Source: Hormiphora californensis
Taxonomy: Eukaryota; Animalia; Ctenophora
NCBI GenBank assembly: GCA_020137815.1
Contig: CM035350.1
Span: forward strand, 10,354,001-10,418,000
Direction: 5' to 3'
Length of the DNA: 64,000 bases
This document shows, piece by piece, positions 25,537 to 38,700 of this stretch; position 1 is the stretch's first letter; each line of letters begins with the position of its first letter. The notes below the pieces were generated by a model that searched no databases, was not told the origin of the DNA, and worked only from the letters and a program-made list of their open reading frames with translations. A program made the translations under genes and the position numbers.

Positions 25537-25695
25537 GGGGGGGTAATCATGGTGACAAATGGTGACAAATGGTGACATATGGTGACTCATCTGACCATTT
25601 AGGGTATGTCACCATCACCATTTGTCACCATTTGTCACCATTTGTCACCATTTGTCTCCATTTGTCACCATTTGTATCCATTTGTCACCATTTTT
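25537..25695. mobile_element. Left end of a G-run-terminated foldback element with 10-bp (tggtgacaaa/tttgtcacca) repeats
   Basis: gggggggtaatcatggtgacaaatggtgac...; a degraded inverted counterpart lies at ~28790-28878. Confidence 0.55.
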
Positions 25696-25722
25696 TGACG
25701 AAATTTGCGGATTTCGGCAGAA

Positions 25723-26447
25723 TCTATATTATAATTTGGAGATGTCGCGTCGAAGTTTTTTCATCCGATCAATATCAATAGGGTGTGTTTTCGAAAGCTC
25801 AGGATTAGCTTAGTCGATTAGAAAAAGAATTAGTCTAATCCCAAGTAGGGTTTTTGAAAAAATCGACATCAAAGATCAAAAACCACAAATAATAACCGGG
25901 TAGGAATGGGTGCTCCTTCATAAAACATTTTATGCGACCAAAGCTGTTAAGCTGTTTTGGAACTTCCAGTGGAAGTTTCTTATTATTTTCGAATGAATTT
26001 TAACAATTCAGTCCCCATAGTTACCACTTCAGTTGCCATGGCAACCGTGTTATTTCCGTTAAAAGTGGCAAAAACAACCACACGGCAAAGCCGTGTGGGT
26101 TATCAAAAAGCCCTTACTTGGGGCGCACCCAATGGGTGCGCTAGTCTCTATTATAATTTGGAGATGTCGCGTCGAAGTGGCCGTTCGTTCAGCGGTATCT
26201 AAGCGACAGTGCTCCTTCATAAAATACTTTATGTGCCCAAAGCTGTAAAGCTGTTGTTTAAACTTTTGGAACTTCCAGTAGAAGTTTGTTGATATTTTTG
26301 AATGAATTTTAACATGCCAGTCCCCATAGTTACCAAATCAGTTGCCATGGCAACCGTGTTATTGAAAGGGGCGAAAAGAACCACCCGGCGAAGCCGGGTG
26401 GGTTATCAAAAAGCCCTTATTTCAGGCGCACCCAATGGGTGCGCTAG
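25723..26447 (+). mobile_element. Head-to-tail dimer of a non-autonomous Helitron (25723-26144 and 26145-26447)
   Basis: Each copy starts TC(t/a)..tattataatttggagatg and ends with the hairpin gcgcacccaatgggtgcgc plus CTAG; inserted between A and T with no TSD. Confidence 0.8.
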
Positions 26448-26499
26448 TTCTGTAAAATTTTGCAAAAAAAAAGTCATGAAAATTTTTCAAAGGTAACTC

Positions 26500-26866
26500 A
26501 ACCACGTCCGAATCGTGTTTCGAATCAGTGCATCTTATCGCACGTCCTGTCGCTAATTAGACGGTTCGAAACGAACCGATACGTGATCCCCATGAGGCCA
26601 GTTTAACAAGCGTCAAAATTGCGATTCGATGGGCCTCATGGGGATCACATATCTGTTCGTTTCGAAACGTTTAATTATCGGCAAGACATGCAATAAGATG
26701 CACCGATTCGAAACACGATTCGGACGTGGTTTTTCAACAACAAAAAATTCAAAAAAATTCAAAAAAAATTCAAAAAAAAAGTTCAAAAAATTTTGGGGGA
26801 AATTTATCCTGCCGTTAAATCGGGGTGCCGCTAAATCGGGGGCCGTTAAATCGGGGTCCGACTGTA
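26500..26866. mobile_element. MITE remnant: ~100-bp inverted repeat (26500-26731) and a Tc1/pogo-type terminus (...ggtccgactg|ta)
   Basis: aaccacgtccgaatcgtgtttcgaatc... pairs with ...gattcgaaacacgattcggacgtggtt; tacagtcggacccc on the minus strand. Confidence 0.6.
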
Positions 26867-27251
26867 CCTCCTATTCCTAATAGTTGCATCACTTTACGCC
26901 GTACGGTAATTAAGACAATTTCAATAAATTTGAATTGATAGTGACTAATTGGGACGTTTTTGCAGGTTTTAACTTTTAAGTTTGATTTTGAGCCGTATAA
27001 GTAGGGTCGGTTAAAATTCCAGACCCAACTTCCCACAACCGACCCTACTACCGGTTGCAGAGATCAGTAATGCCCATTAAGAAGAATTGACGAGGTTGTT
27101 AGTTGAAGTTGATAAGATTTGTTATTGTTTAGTGTTTTACAGATAAAACAGCGTGTCTTGTTAATAGCGATAAACAATGTGACTAAAAACTCCTAAATAA
27201 CGGAGTTATACAGAAATTTAAACATGATGTCATGATACAGTCCCCTCTCTT

Positions 27252-27899
27252 CTAAGCCTTGTTAGGGAAGCCAGGCCAGCCCGCAGCGAACGGAGCGTTG
27301 ATAGTGTAGGTTTTATTGGTGCACTCCTCACTCTTCAACCATTCAGCGATGTTGGGTAGATCTGCAACCCGTTGCATGTACTCACTCACCTCACCAGTGA
27401 AACTTTCCGGAGTCAGGGCCCGGATATGGTCCAGATACTCGTACGCCAAGATATCAATATAGGTGACCTTGTCTCCAAAGATGAAAGGCTTGACAACGAA
27501 TTTCGCAAACCTCTCCAGGAAAACTCTCAACTTTGTGATGAACCCCTCTTTGAGGTTTTCAAAATCAGCGCTGTCCGAGAGCGTAGCGAGGTCCGTTCTC
27601 TGTGACTGGACCACCAATTCCACCATGTCTCCCTTGGCGAGGTCATCCGGCATCATATCAAACTTTCGGCCCAGGTATCTCATAATAGCGAGGGACTCTG
27701 TCATCTTCACATCTCCATCAATAAGGTAGGGAAGGTTGGGGAAATCCATACCGAGATTCTCTTTAGTTTCACCGAACCACATTCCCATTCCCTCTTCAGT
27801 GACGGGGATGGTAGCATCCTTAAACTCTACACCTTTATATCTGAGGAGCAGCCTAATGGGCTCCCCTCGCCCCCTAAGTGCCCAGTATCCCAGTTCCAT
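27252..27899 (-). CDS. GSTM: Glutathione S-transferase, mu class (intronless, 215 aa)
   Basis: LGYW-RG-GEPIRLLL, DFPNLPYLIDGDVKMTESLAIMRYLGRK and GDKVTYIDILAYEYLD motifs. Confidence 0.93.
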   Translation of the reverse strand: MELGYWALRGRGEPIRLLLRYKGVEFKDATIPVTEEGMGMWFGETKENLGMDFPNLPYLIDGDVKMTESLAIMRYLGRKFDMMPDDLAKGDMVELVVQSQRTDLATLSDSADFENLKEGFITKLRVFLERFAKFVVKPFIFGDKVTYIDILAYEYLDHIRALTPESFTGEVSEYMQRVADLPNIAEWLKSEECTNKTYTINAPFAAGWPGFPNKA

Positions 27900-27999
27900 T
27901 GTGTAGAGGGTGCTAGATCAGGGGGGAGGGAGATATTAGTTGGATAGAGGGAGATATTAGTTGGATAGAGAAAGAGGGAGATATCTCAAAGGGATGGTT

Positions 28000-30900
28000 G
28001 GGTGTTAGGGGGGATATACTAAAAAAAATTCCCTTGAAAAAGGTAAGGACGAATTCAATTTATAAGGGGGGGGGGAAAAAGGTTTATATGTCTTTACCCA
28101 CAATAGAAGATTTTTTTTAAATCATTTTGACTCGAAAGTGATGGAAATCAGGAAAATAATCACGTCATATAAGAATCGCTTTTAAGATGAAAGGGAAGGG
28201 CAGGGGTTAATCAACACTCCCGTTACCCCCGGTTATCGGCTTGTGGGCCATTTGGAAAAGGGTCTGCCAGCCTTTTGGGGGGAAAAAAAAACCAATAAAA
28301 AAAGGAAAAGCGTGAATTTCCCTTTACTGCAGAGGTGCTCCCTAACAAAAACACCCCCATAAAAGCAATCTTTTGGGGAACACTGTGTGACCCCCCGGGG
28401 GGCGGGAAAAAATCCTAAACGAATGTTTAATACAGCATGGGTTTAAAAGGTTTCCCCCTTTATTTAAAAAAGCTATGGGGTTTTTATACCCATTGAAAAT
28501 TTTTTCTGGGGCCCAAAAAATTTTGGGAAAAAATTAATTTTCCTTAAAACCGATTTTATTTGTTAAAAGTTTTAAAAACTTTGGCCCAAAAATTCCCGGG
28601 GGATGGGCCCCAGTAGTTTTTTGGGAAACGGCTAAAAAAATTCCCAAAAAAAATTGCTTGGGGGTTTTTGTACCCCCCTTGCACAACACATTTAAAGCGA
28701 AATTAACCCCCCTTTTGGAACCCCCCCCGGTTTTCCCATAACATCATATTATCCCTTTGTAGGAAAGCCCCCAAGGGGGAAAATGGGGGACAAGGGTAAA
28801 TCATCTAAAAATTTTTGGTCATGTCACCATACCATTTTGTAAACATTTGTCACCTTTTGTCACCATGTTTTACCCCCAGGGGTCCCAATTTACAGTGCAT
28901 TCAGTTTACAAATTGGCCAGCTTTTAAAAAACCCCGGGGTTTTATAGGGTTTTGGGGGCAGGGGGGGTAGGGGGAAAACCCCAAACGCACTCTCATAGTC
29001 TCTACCGAAACCCGGGGTTTTTTTTTAAAAACCCTTTTAAGTGTTTTTTTAACCCAAAGTTTCTAGGTTTTTCCCCCCCCCCCCAAAAAGGGGAAAATTT
29101 TTTTTTTCCCAAAAACCTTTTTTTTTTGGGGGGGGGGAAAAAAAAGGGGGGGGGGGGAAAAAATTTTTTTAAAATTTTTTTTTTCCCCCAAAAAAAAAAA
29201 TTTTTTTTTTTTTTTCTCTTTTTTTTTCCTTTTTTTTTTTTTTGGGGGGGGGGGGGCCCCCCCCCCAAAAAAAAAAAAAAAAGGGGGGGGGAAAAAAAGG
29301 AAAAAAAAGGGGGGGAAAAAAAAAAAAAAAAAGGGGGCGAGAGAGGGGGGGGAAAAAAAAAAAAAATTTTTTCCCCCCTTTTTTTTTTCTTTAAAAAAGG
29401 GGTTTTTTTTAGGCCCTTTGGGTTTTTTTGGGGTTTTTGGGGAAAAAAAAAGGGGGGGGGGGGGGGGGGGCCCCGGGGGGGAAAAAAAGGGGGGCCCCCC
29501 CTTTTTTTTTTAAAGGGGGGGGGGTTTCCGGGGAAATTTTTTTTTGGGGGGGGGGTTTTTGGGGGGGGGGGGTTTTTTTTAAAGTTTTTTTTTTGGGCCC
29601 CTTTTTTCCCGGGGGTTTGGGGGAAAAAAAAACCCCCTTTTTTTTTTTTTCTTCCCCCCCCCTTTTTTCCCCCCCCCCCCCCTTTTTTTTTTAAAAAAAA
29701 AATTTTTTCCCCCCCCCCCCCCCTCTTTTCCCCTTTTTCCCCCCCCCTTTTTTTCCCCCCTTTTTTTTTAAAATTAAAATTTTTTGGGGGGGGGGGGGGG
29801 AAAAAAAAAAAAAAAGGGGGGGGTTTAAAAGGGGGAGCCAAAAAAAAGGGAAAGGGAAAAAGGGGGGGTTTTTTGGGGGAAAACCCGGGGGGTTTTTTGG
29901 GGAAAAAATTTTTCCTTTTTCCCAAAAACCAAAGGGAAAAAAAAGAAAGGGGGAAGGGGGGAGGAAAAAAGGGGGAAGGGGGGGGGGGAAAAAAAAAGAA
30001 GGGAAAAAAAGGGGGGGGTTTTTTTATCCAATTTTCCCCCCCCCCCTTTTTTTCCTTTTTAAAATTTTTTAAAAAAAACCCCCCCTTTTTTTTTTTTTTT
30101 TTCCCCCCCCCCCCAAAAAAATTTTTTTTTTTTTTTTTTGGGGGGGGGGGGGTTTTGGTTTTTAAAAAAAGGGGTTTTTTAAAATTTTTTCTTTTCCCCT
30201 TTTCTTTTTTTTAAAATTTTTCCCCTTTTTTTTTTTTCCCAAAACCTTTTTTTTTTTTTCCCCCCAAAAAAAATTTTTTTTTTTCCAAAAAAAATTTTTT
30301 TTCACCTTTTTTTCCTTTTTTTTTTTAAAAAATTTTTAAAAAAACCCCTTTTTTAATTGGGTTTTTTTTTGGGGTCCCCAAAAGGGGGAAAAAAAAACCC
30401 CCGGGGGTTTTTTTTTTTTAAATAAAAAAGCCCGGGGGGGGAAAAAAAAATTTTTTTTTTTTTTTTAAAGGGCCAAAAAAGGGGGAAATTTTTTAAAAAA
30501 AAGGGGGTTTTTTTTTTTTGGGGGTTTTTGGGGGGTTTTTTTTTTAAAAACCTTTAAAATTTTTTTTTTTTTTTTTTAGTATTGGGGTTTTTTTAAGGGT
30601 TTTTGGTTTTTTTCCCAGGGGGGGGGGGGGTTTTTTTTAAAAAAAATTTTTGGGGGGGTTTTTTTTTTTTTTTTGGGAAAAAAAATTTTTTAAAAAATTT
30701 TTTTTTTCCCCGGGGCCTTGGGGGGCCCTTTTTTTTTTTAAATTTTTTTTTTAAAAAAAATTTTTTTTTTTTTTTTTTTTACCAAAAGGGTTTTGGGGAA
30801 AAAGGGGGGAAAAAAAAGGGGGTTTTGGGGGGGGGAAGGGGGAAAAAAAGGGGGCCCCTTTTTTTTTTGGGGGTTTTTTGTTTTCCCTTTTTTTTTAAAA

Positions 30901-33300
30901 AAACCCCCCCTTTTTTTAAAATTCTTTTAAATTTTTTTTTTCCCCCTTTTTTTTTTTTTCCCCCCCCCTGTTGGGTTTTTTGGGGGGGGGGGAAGGGGGG
31001 AAAAGGGGGGGAGGGAAAAAGGGGGGGGGAAAAAAAAAAAGGGGGGGGGGAAAAGGGAAAAGGGGGCCCCAAAAAAAAAAAAGGGGGGGGGGGGGAAAAA
31101 AAGGGGGGAAAAAAAAAGGGGGGGGTTTTTTAAAAAAGAAAAAGGGGGGAAACCAAAAAAAAAAAAATTTTTGGGGGAAAAATTTTTTAAAAGGGGGGGT
31201 TTTTTTTAATTTTTAAAAAAAAATTTTTTGGGAAAAAAAAACCCCAAAAAAAAAAGGGGGGGGGGGGAAGGGGGGGAAAAAAAAAGGGGGGGGGTAAATT
31301 TTTGGGGGGAAAAAAGAGGGGAGGAAAAAAAAAGGGGAAAAGGAGGGGGGGAAAAAAAAAAACCCCCAAAAAAAAAAAAAAAAAGGGGGGGGGGGGGGGA
31401 AAAAAAAGGGAAAAAAGGGAAAAAAAAAATTTTAAAAAAGGGGTTTTAATTTTAAAAAAGGGTTTTTTTCCAAACCCCCCCCCCAAAAAATTTTTTTTTT
31501 TTTTTGGGTTGGAATTTTAAAAAATTTTTTTTTTAAAAATTTTTTGGAAAAAAATTTTTTAAAAAAAATTAAAAAAATTTTTAAAAAAATTTTTTGGGGG
31601 TTTTTTAAAATTTTTTTTTTTAAAAATTTGGGGCCCCCCCTTTTTTTTTTTTGGGAAAAAAAGGGAAAAAAGGGGGGGAAAAAAAGGGGGGGAGGGGGAG
31701 AAAAAAGGGGGAAGAGGGAGAGAAGAGGAGAGAAAGGAGGAGAAAGAAAGGAAAAAAGGGAAAAAAAGGGAAAAGGGGAAAGTTTAGATAAAACCTATCG
31801 GCGAATAATGAACGGATCAGAGTTAGAAAATGATGGATGTATTTTTAAGGGTAAGATTAAATAAAACCTCCCACTAGTAGAAGGATATGTGACGGATCAA
31901 TGGTCGGTATTATAGAGGGGGGGAAAATGGGGTGTGTTTTATGATTTAGAGAGGGGGGTTTAAAATGATAGGGGAGAGAGAGAGAGGGTTCACTGATCAG
32001 AGGAGAGAGAGAAATGGGTTCACTGATCAAAGGAGAGAGAAAGAGAGAGAGAAGAGAGATGGGGCAAATCAGAGGAGAGAGATTGAGGGCAAATCAGTGA
32101 ACTTAGATTATCCCCAAATAGTGTTTTGCTTTTCGTAAAAGACCAAACCCCCCATGAAAACCCAAAATCAGGTATTTTGTGGGTAGTATTTTTTAAAACT
32201 TACTATATGCATTGAAAAGGTTTTTGTTTTAAGCAGGTTTGGAAAAACGACCAAAATTTTGTATAAACAATAATTTTCCCCAAATGGGGTTTTTAGGCAT
32301 GGTTTCGGAATTGGGGGTACAATGAATAGTGTTGAGATCGATGTTTATAAGGAAAGATAAAAAGAAAAGAAAAGAAAAGTGAAAAAAAAAAGGGGGAGGA
32401 GAGAAGGGACAGGGGAAAAGGGGAGAGAGGAGGAGGGATGGAGAGAGAGAGAGAGAAAGGAGAGAGAGAGAGAGAGGAGAGAGAAGAGAGAGAGGGAGAG
32501 AGAGAGAGAGGAAAAGGGAGGAGAGGGGAGGAAACCTTTTCCCTCTTCCTCAACCCTTCATTCGCTTTTTCTTTTTCTCTAGCTTTAATTCACTTATATC
32601 CCTTCTTTCTTCCCCCCCTTTTAATTTATTTTTTTTGGGTTTTTCTCTTTTATGGGGTTGGTTTTTTTTAGTTTTCCATGATCTCTTTGTATACTAGAAA
32701 CTACATATTAAAGTTTTTTTTAGAAAATGGTTCTGAGAAGAAGGGGGATGTACAGACAGGGGGGGGCAGACAAAAGGGCGACAGGAAAATTTCCCCAGAG
32801 TATCAAAACTTTTTTTCCTTTTTTTTTAACAAACAATTTCATTTTTTGTTTTTTTTTATGAGTGTAGTTTTTTAAATTGCCTAGCTCGAGTCTTTTGCGA
32901 TCTTAGGGAAAGGGTTTTGAACAAGGAATATAGTTTAGTTTTGTTATTAATAGTTGATAAAAAAAGCAAATTTAGGGGAATGTGGGGGGATAATTGGTTT
33001 TTGAAAGCTTGAAGGGGGTTATGAATGCTCATATTAGTCAAAAAAAAAGTTTTAAGGGGGAAAAAAGCCAATTAATGGGCCAGGGGGCTATTTGTAATTC
33101 CACTAATGGAAGCTTTTGTTCCATCCGTATTTTAAAAATAGTCAATTACTATTGGCTCTCATCTCTATAGTAGCGGAAAGGGTTAGAAAAAACCAAACCC
33201 CCAAACCCCAACAAATTCCGTTCCCGATAAACCTCTCTCTCTCTCCCCTTTTTCTTTTCTCTCTCTCCCTCTCTCTCTCTCTAAACCTCTATTCTTCTAT
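28000..33300. other. Homopolymer-corrupted, low-quality assembly segment
   Basis: The sequence degrades progressively into A/C/G/T runs and then recovers; ORFs are only K/F/G/P-rich. Confidence 0.9.
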
Positions 33301-34841
33301 TCTCCACGTTCCTTTTATGCATGTATTGAGAGAGGGAAAGACTTAACCCTCTCTTGCAAAGAGTCTTTACACTCATTTTCTAGAGGGACCATAGCGACAC
33401 AGTTGTACACACACACACAATCTCTCTCTAAAGCTTCATCTTTCTGTCGCTCTCCATCTCTCCATCTCTCTGTATCTGTCTATCTCGCTCTCTGGATCTC
33501 ACAATTGTATGTGAATACCGTATGAATGCCGTGGTTATAGCGTCTCAGGAGATGACTCTTTGGATATATCATAATGCGTTGGGGGTTTTCCAGAAGAAGA
33601 TACGAGAAGGCCTGAGGAGGAGGAGAGAAGGCGTGAGAGAGGGGAGAGAGAGAGTAGAGGTGTATCGATTCTAGCAGCTGAGAGAAGAGCTCTTTTCTCC
33701 TCCTCTTCTTATTACTCCTCGTCTCTACACTCTCATCCTCGTCTTCACCGAGTTCTTTCTAGTTTCTTTCTCTCTCTATAACTCTCTATAGCTCTCCCTC
33801 TTACTCTCTCTATCCCTCTATTATAGCTCTCCCTCTTTCTATGTACCTCCATCTGCAGTAGTACTGAACTGTGTTTTTGAAGTTTGCTGTTTAGTAAACA
33901 GTGTTTACCCTTCCTTTATACAACTACTACTTTATTACTTTATATTACTACCCATCATGATAGTATAAAACTATTATTTTAACCATCACAGTTATATATA
34001 ACTATATTAACTATTGTAACTAGTAGAAAGAGTGGTACAATTAGTAGTACCTGCAACCACCACCAAGCTTTACAGCTGTTTTTCGAACAGAGCTGCTGAA
34101 CATATCTACTTCGGGGTGGCCTTTCTTAACAGTGCTGCTTGCAGTCAAAATACGGTATCGCGAAATACAGTAATGAGACACACACGTTGCATAACGCGCG
34201 GCAAAAAGTTCATGTGTCAGCACGTACTAGCGTACTGATTGGCCACGGTTGCGCATCGTCTTACTGTATCTTCGTTTTCCATTACCGTTTTCCCACTACA
34301 AGCGACCGTGTAACCTGGGGTCACTTTGCTTGAATCGAGTGAGGTAATTATTATGACATTTCCTTAGATTTTCTAAAATCGTTCTACGCAATATTGTACA
34401 CTAACTAGTACATTAGTACATTATTTCTCTCTCTCAATTGTGCTCTTTGTCTTTGCAGCTCTTGTGTGCTAGGTAACAATACCAGCAGCTAGGAAGGTTT
34501 TACCAGCTACAGAGAGATTAGAGAGAGAGAGAACAAGGGAGCGCTATTATAGAATCGATCAACCTGATTTTCCAATATGTCTATACTAGGAATCCAAGGC
34601 AAATATTACATGGTAATCTCCAGGATTTTCCTTACACTTTAGTTTAATTTCTTTGTTTAATTTCTTTATTGGTTTATTATTATGATAACTCCCTCCCCAT
34701 CGTTGTTTCGTGATCCCCCCCCCCCAAGACTTAGTGTCCCCACAATTACAACCCTGTAATGACTAACTAAACATCCCCCTATCATGATGGCAGTGCTGCA
34801 GTATGAAGAATGCATTATGACCGGTAGATCCTGATTGAAAG

Positions 34842-35685
34842 ATGACCAATCTTCTCAGAACCAGTCTCATCATATTTCTAGGTAATCAATGCTGCACAAT
34901 AACACACATGGGTAACCATGGTAACTATGGTAACACATGGGGTAACAAGCATTCTATAGCCCCTTGTTACGCACAACCTATAATCTAACAACTCTTGAAA
35001 TTGATATCGCCCCCGCTGAATATATCGCGTGTCTGTGTAACACACTCTCTAACATACCCTTGTCAGGCTCAATCCTGCCCGTAGTAGTTCAAGGTAAAAC
35101 TCTATCTCCCTGTGTGTAATATATCCCTTGTGTGCTGCGTTACACGTGCTGTGTTATGTACTGTGTTATGTGCTGTGCAGCTGGGTGTGTGTGCTGATGA
35201 GGGGGTAATGATAACATGTGTAATGATAACATGTGTAATGATAACATGTGTAATGATAACATGTGTAATGATAACATGTGTAATGATAACATGTGCAATG
35301 ATAACATGTGTAATGATAACATGTGCAATGATAACATGTGTAATGATAACATGTGTAATGATAACATGTGTAATGATAACATGTGTAGTGATAACATGTG
35401 TAATGATAACATGTGTAATGATAACATGTGTAATGATAACATGTGTAATGATAACATGTGTAATGATAACATGTGTAATGATAACATGTGTAATGATAAC
35501 ATGTGTAATGATAACATGTGTAATGATAACACGTGTAATGATAACATGTGTAATGATAACATGTGTAATGATAACATGTGTAATGATAACTGATATGCTG
35601 CTTGGTGAGCTGATTTTGTGTGACCTGATGATTTACCTTTTACTAAAAACGGTTCCCTGTATTAACAGTTTTATCTGCATCAATT

Positions 35686-35754
<69 letters not shown>

Positions 35755-38700
35755 TTCTCTCTCTCTCTTCACTGTGTTAACACCTGCAGGTTTTATAAAG
35801 CAAGGTTCATCACACATCGAAAGTAATGGGACCTCTGCTGGATCTGGGATCCCCAAACCAACAACTAACATCTATCTAGCAGTGCTAACTGACATAACAT
35901 CAATACATTACTCGGTTAGTGCTAACTGACATTACATCAATACATTACTCGGTTAGTGCTAACTGACATTACATCATTACATTACTCGGTTAGTGCTGAC
36001 TGATATTACATCAATACATTACTCGGTTAGTGCTGACTGACATTACATCAATACATTACTCGGTTAGTGCTGACTGACATTACATCAATACATTACTCGG
36101 TTAGTGCTAACTGACATTACATCAATACATTACTCGGTTAGTGCTAACTGACATTACATCAATACATTACTCGGTTAGTGCTGACTGACATTACATCAAT
36201 ACATTACTCGGTTAGTGCTAACTGACATTACATCAATACATTACTCGGTTAGTGCTGACTGACATTACATCAATACATTACTCGGTTAGTGCTGACTGAT
36301 ATTACATCAATACATTACTCGGTTAGTGCTAACTGACATTACATCAATACATTACTCGGTTAGTGCTGACTGATATTACATCAATACATTATTCGGTTAG
36401 TAGACATAACTATGTATGTTAGATGTTATCTTTGCTTATACAGGGATTTCTGGTAGATATCTTCACGTGTTAACCTATCTCTCTCTGTCGATCTGTGTAA
36501 TATTAGGTCATTCGGTAAATATCTGGACAGGTATGTTTGTGAGAGAACGGAGCTAGATAGAGCCAAGCGACCTGTTCCAGCGTCTTCCTTGGACATTTTT
36601 AGGTTGGACTAGGATAGTGGGAACCTTCGCCTGCTGGCAGTATTGCCTCACGAGCAATATGTTTCAATGCTACTCTAGCTGCCGCTTTATGCTAACTTTT
36701 AACTCAATTTCGGACCAATATGACCTACTTCCGGATAATTCGGAAAGTTTTTAACCCTATATATTGCTTATTAAATGCCTTGAGATACTCCATAAACCTT
36801 CCTGAAATTTTTGGATAAAATTTCTAGCATGGGGAAGCGATTTTCGCTAGATTTGGTAAAGCTGGATTTTAAATTTTTTTACAAATGTTGAAAAAAGCCG
36901 CCATGAGCCAGGTATCCATTGATCGATCGTAATAAAACTAACATAGGACCTAGAAAATTGTATAAGTTAACATTTAACGTTGGATTCAAGTCATTTAGAC
37001 GTTTAGAACGTACAAAAACGGCCATGAAGTGTGCAAGGCGCAATTTTGGCAAAAATCCAATTTTTAAGGATGAAGATGGAATCTAAACGTTTCAATTATG
37101 GTTGCATCATATTCAGGCTTAAAAAGTGATCTAGGAACACTGGTCAAACCGATCATCTGTCCCCAATAGAGAAAATGCCATGACATATTCAATCATCCGT
37201 AGTGCCACAGTTTTTTCTTGCATAAAGCGGCAGCTAGAGTAGCATTGAAACATATTGCTCGTGAGGCAATACTGCCAGCAGGCGAAGGTTCCCACCATCC
37301 TAGTCCAACCTAAAAATGTCCAAGGAAGACGCTGGAACAGGTCGCTTGGCTCTATCTGGTTCCGTTCTCTCACAATCATACCTGTCCAGATATTTACCGA
37401 ATGACCTAATAGCATCCTCTAATTCTCGTTATATTACTACAGACGGGAGGATATGAGAACTTGGCAGCGGCCCGATTAGCAATCAGGGACATTAATGCTG
37501 ACACTAGCTTCCTTCCTGACTACTATTTTGACATGGTCTTTAAAGACGATGGGTGCGAGGAGGAGGCAGGACTTAAAGCAATCAACGATGCTTACAATGG
37601 AGACAAGTTAGTGTTGTCATGGAGACAAGTTAGTGTTGTCATGGAGACAAGTTAGTGTTGTCATGGAGACAAGTTAGTGTTGTCATGGAGACAAGTTAGT
37701 GTTGTCATGGAGACAAGTTAGTGTTGTCATGGAGACAAGTTAGTGTTGTCATGGAGACAAGTTAGTGTTGTCATGGAGACGAGTTAGTGTTGTCATGGAG
37801 ACAAGTTAGTGTTGTCATGGAGACAAGTTAGTGTTGTCATGGAGACGAGTTAGTGTTGTCATGGAGACAAGTTAGTGTTTTCATGGAGACAAGTTAGTGT
37901 TGTCATGGAGACAAGTTAGTGTTGTCATGGAGACAAGTTAGTGTTGTCATGGAGACAAGTTAGTGTTGTCATGGAGACAAGTTAGTGTTGTCATGGAGAC
38001 AAGTTAGTGTTGTCATGGAGACAAGTTAGTGTAGTCATGGAGACAAGTTAGTGTTGTCATGGAGACAAGTTAGTGTTGTCATGGAGACAAGTTAGTGTTG
38101 TCATGGAGTTGCTAACCCCCTCTCTCTTTGTTTAGGAAGATATCAGCCCTGATAGGGATCTCATGTTCAGTAGTGTGTGATTTAGCGGGGTACCTGTGTG
38201 CTAGCGACCAGTGGAATATTCCAGTTGTATCACACTCCTGCTCCTCTGACAACCTTTCTGATCTTGACACTTTCCCTACCTTTGCCAGGTAATATATAGC
38301 GACATAGCTAGTAGCATTATAATAGGGGTAGAGGGGTATCTGATCTTGATACTTTCCCTACCTTCGCCAGGTAATAGGGGTACCTGACTAAAGGGTACGG
38401 GGTAATTGGAATATGTATTTTAGTGAAGCCGGGCCGGGGTTTCAATTCGCTTATAGCATCCTTCTGCCTTCTGTCCTATTACCTACACCCACATAACTTC
38501 CAAGTTCCATTCGTTGCTGTCTTCACCCTTCAAACTTGTGATGAGAGACTCCTAGCTCTTCTACCACTATTATAACACTCCTCTCTTCTACCATTGACAC
38601 TCTATACACTCTATACTAATATTTCAGGTTGTCCCTGTCAGTGTACAAATATGTCGACAGTATAATTGATCTGTGTCAGGAGTTTTCATGGCACAAGGTC

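Noticed and set aside
28952-31864. Long K/F/G/P-rich ORFs (up to 420 aa)
   Set aside because: They are translations of homopolymer-corrupted sequence, most likely a basecalling or consensus artefact.
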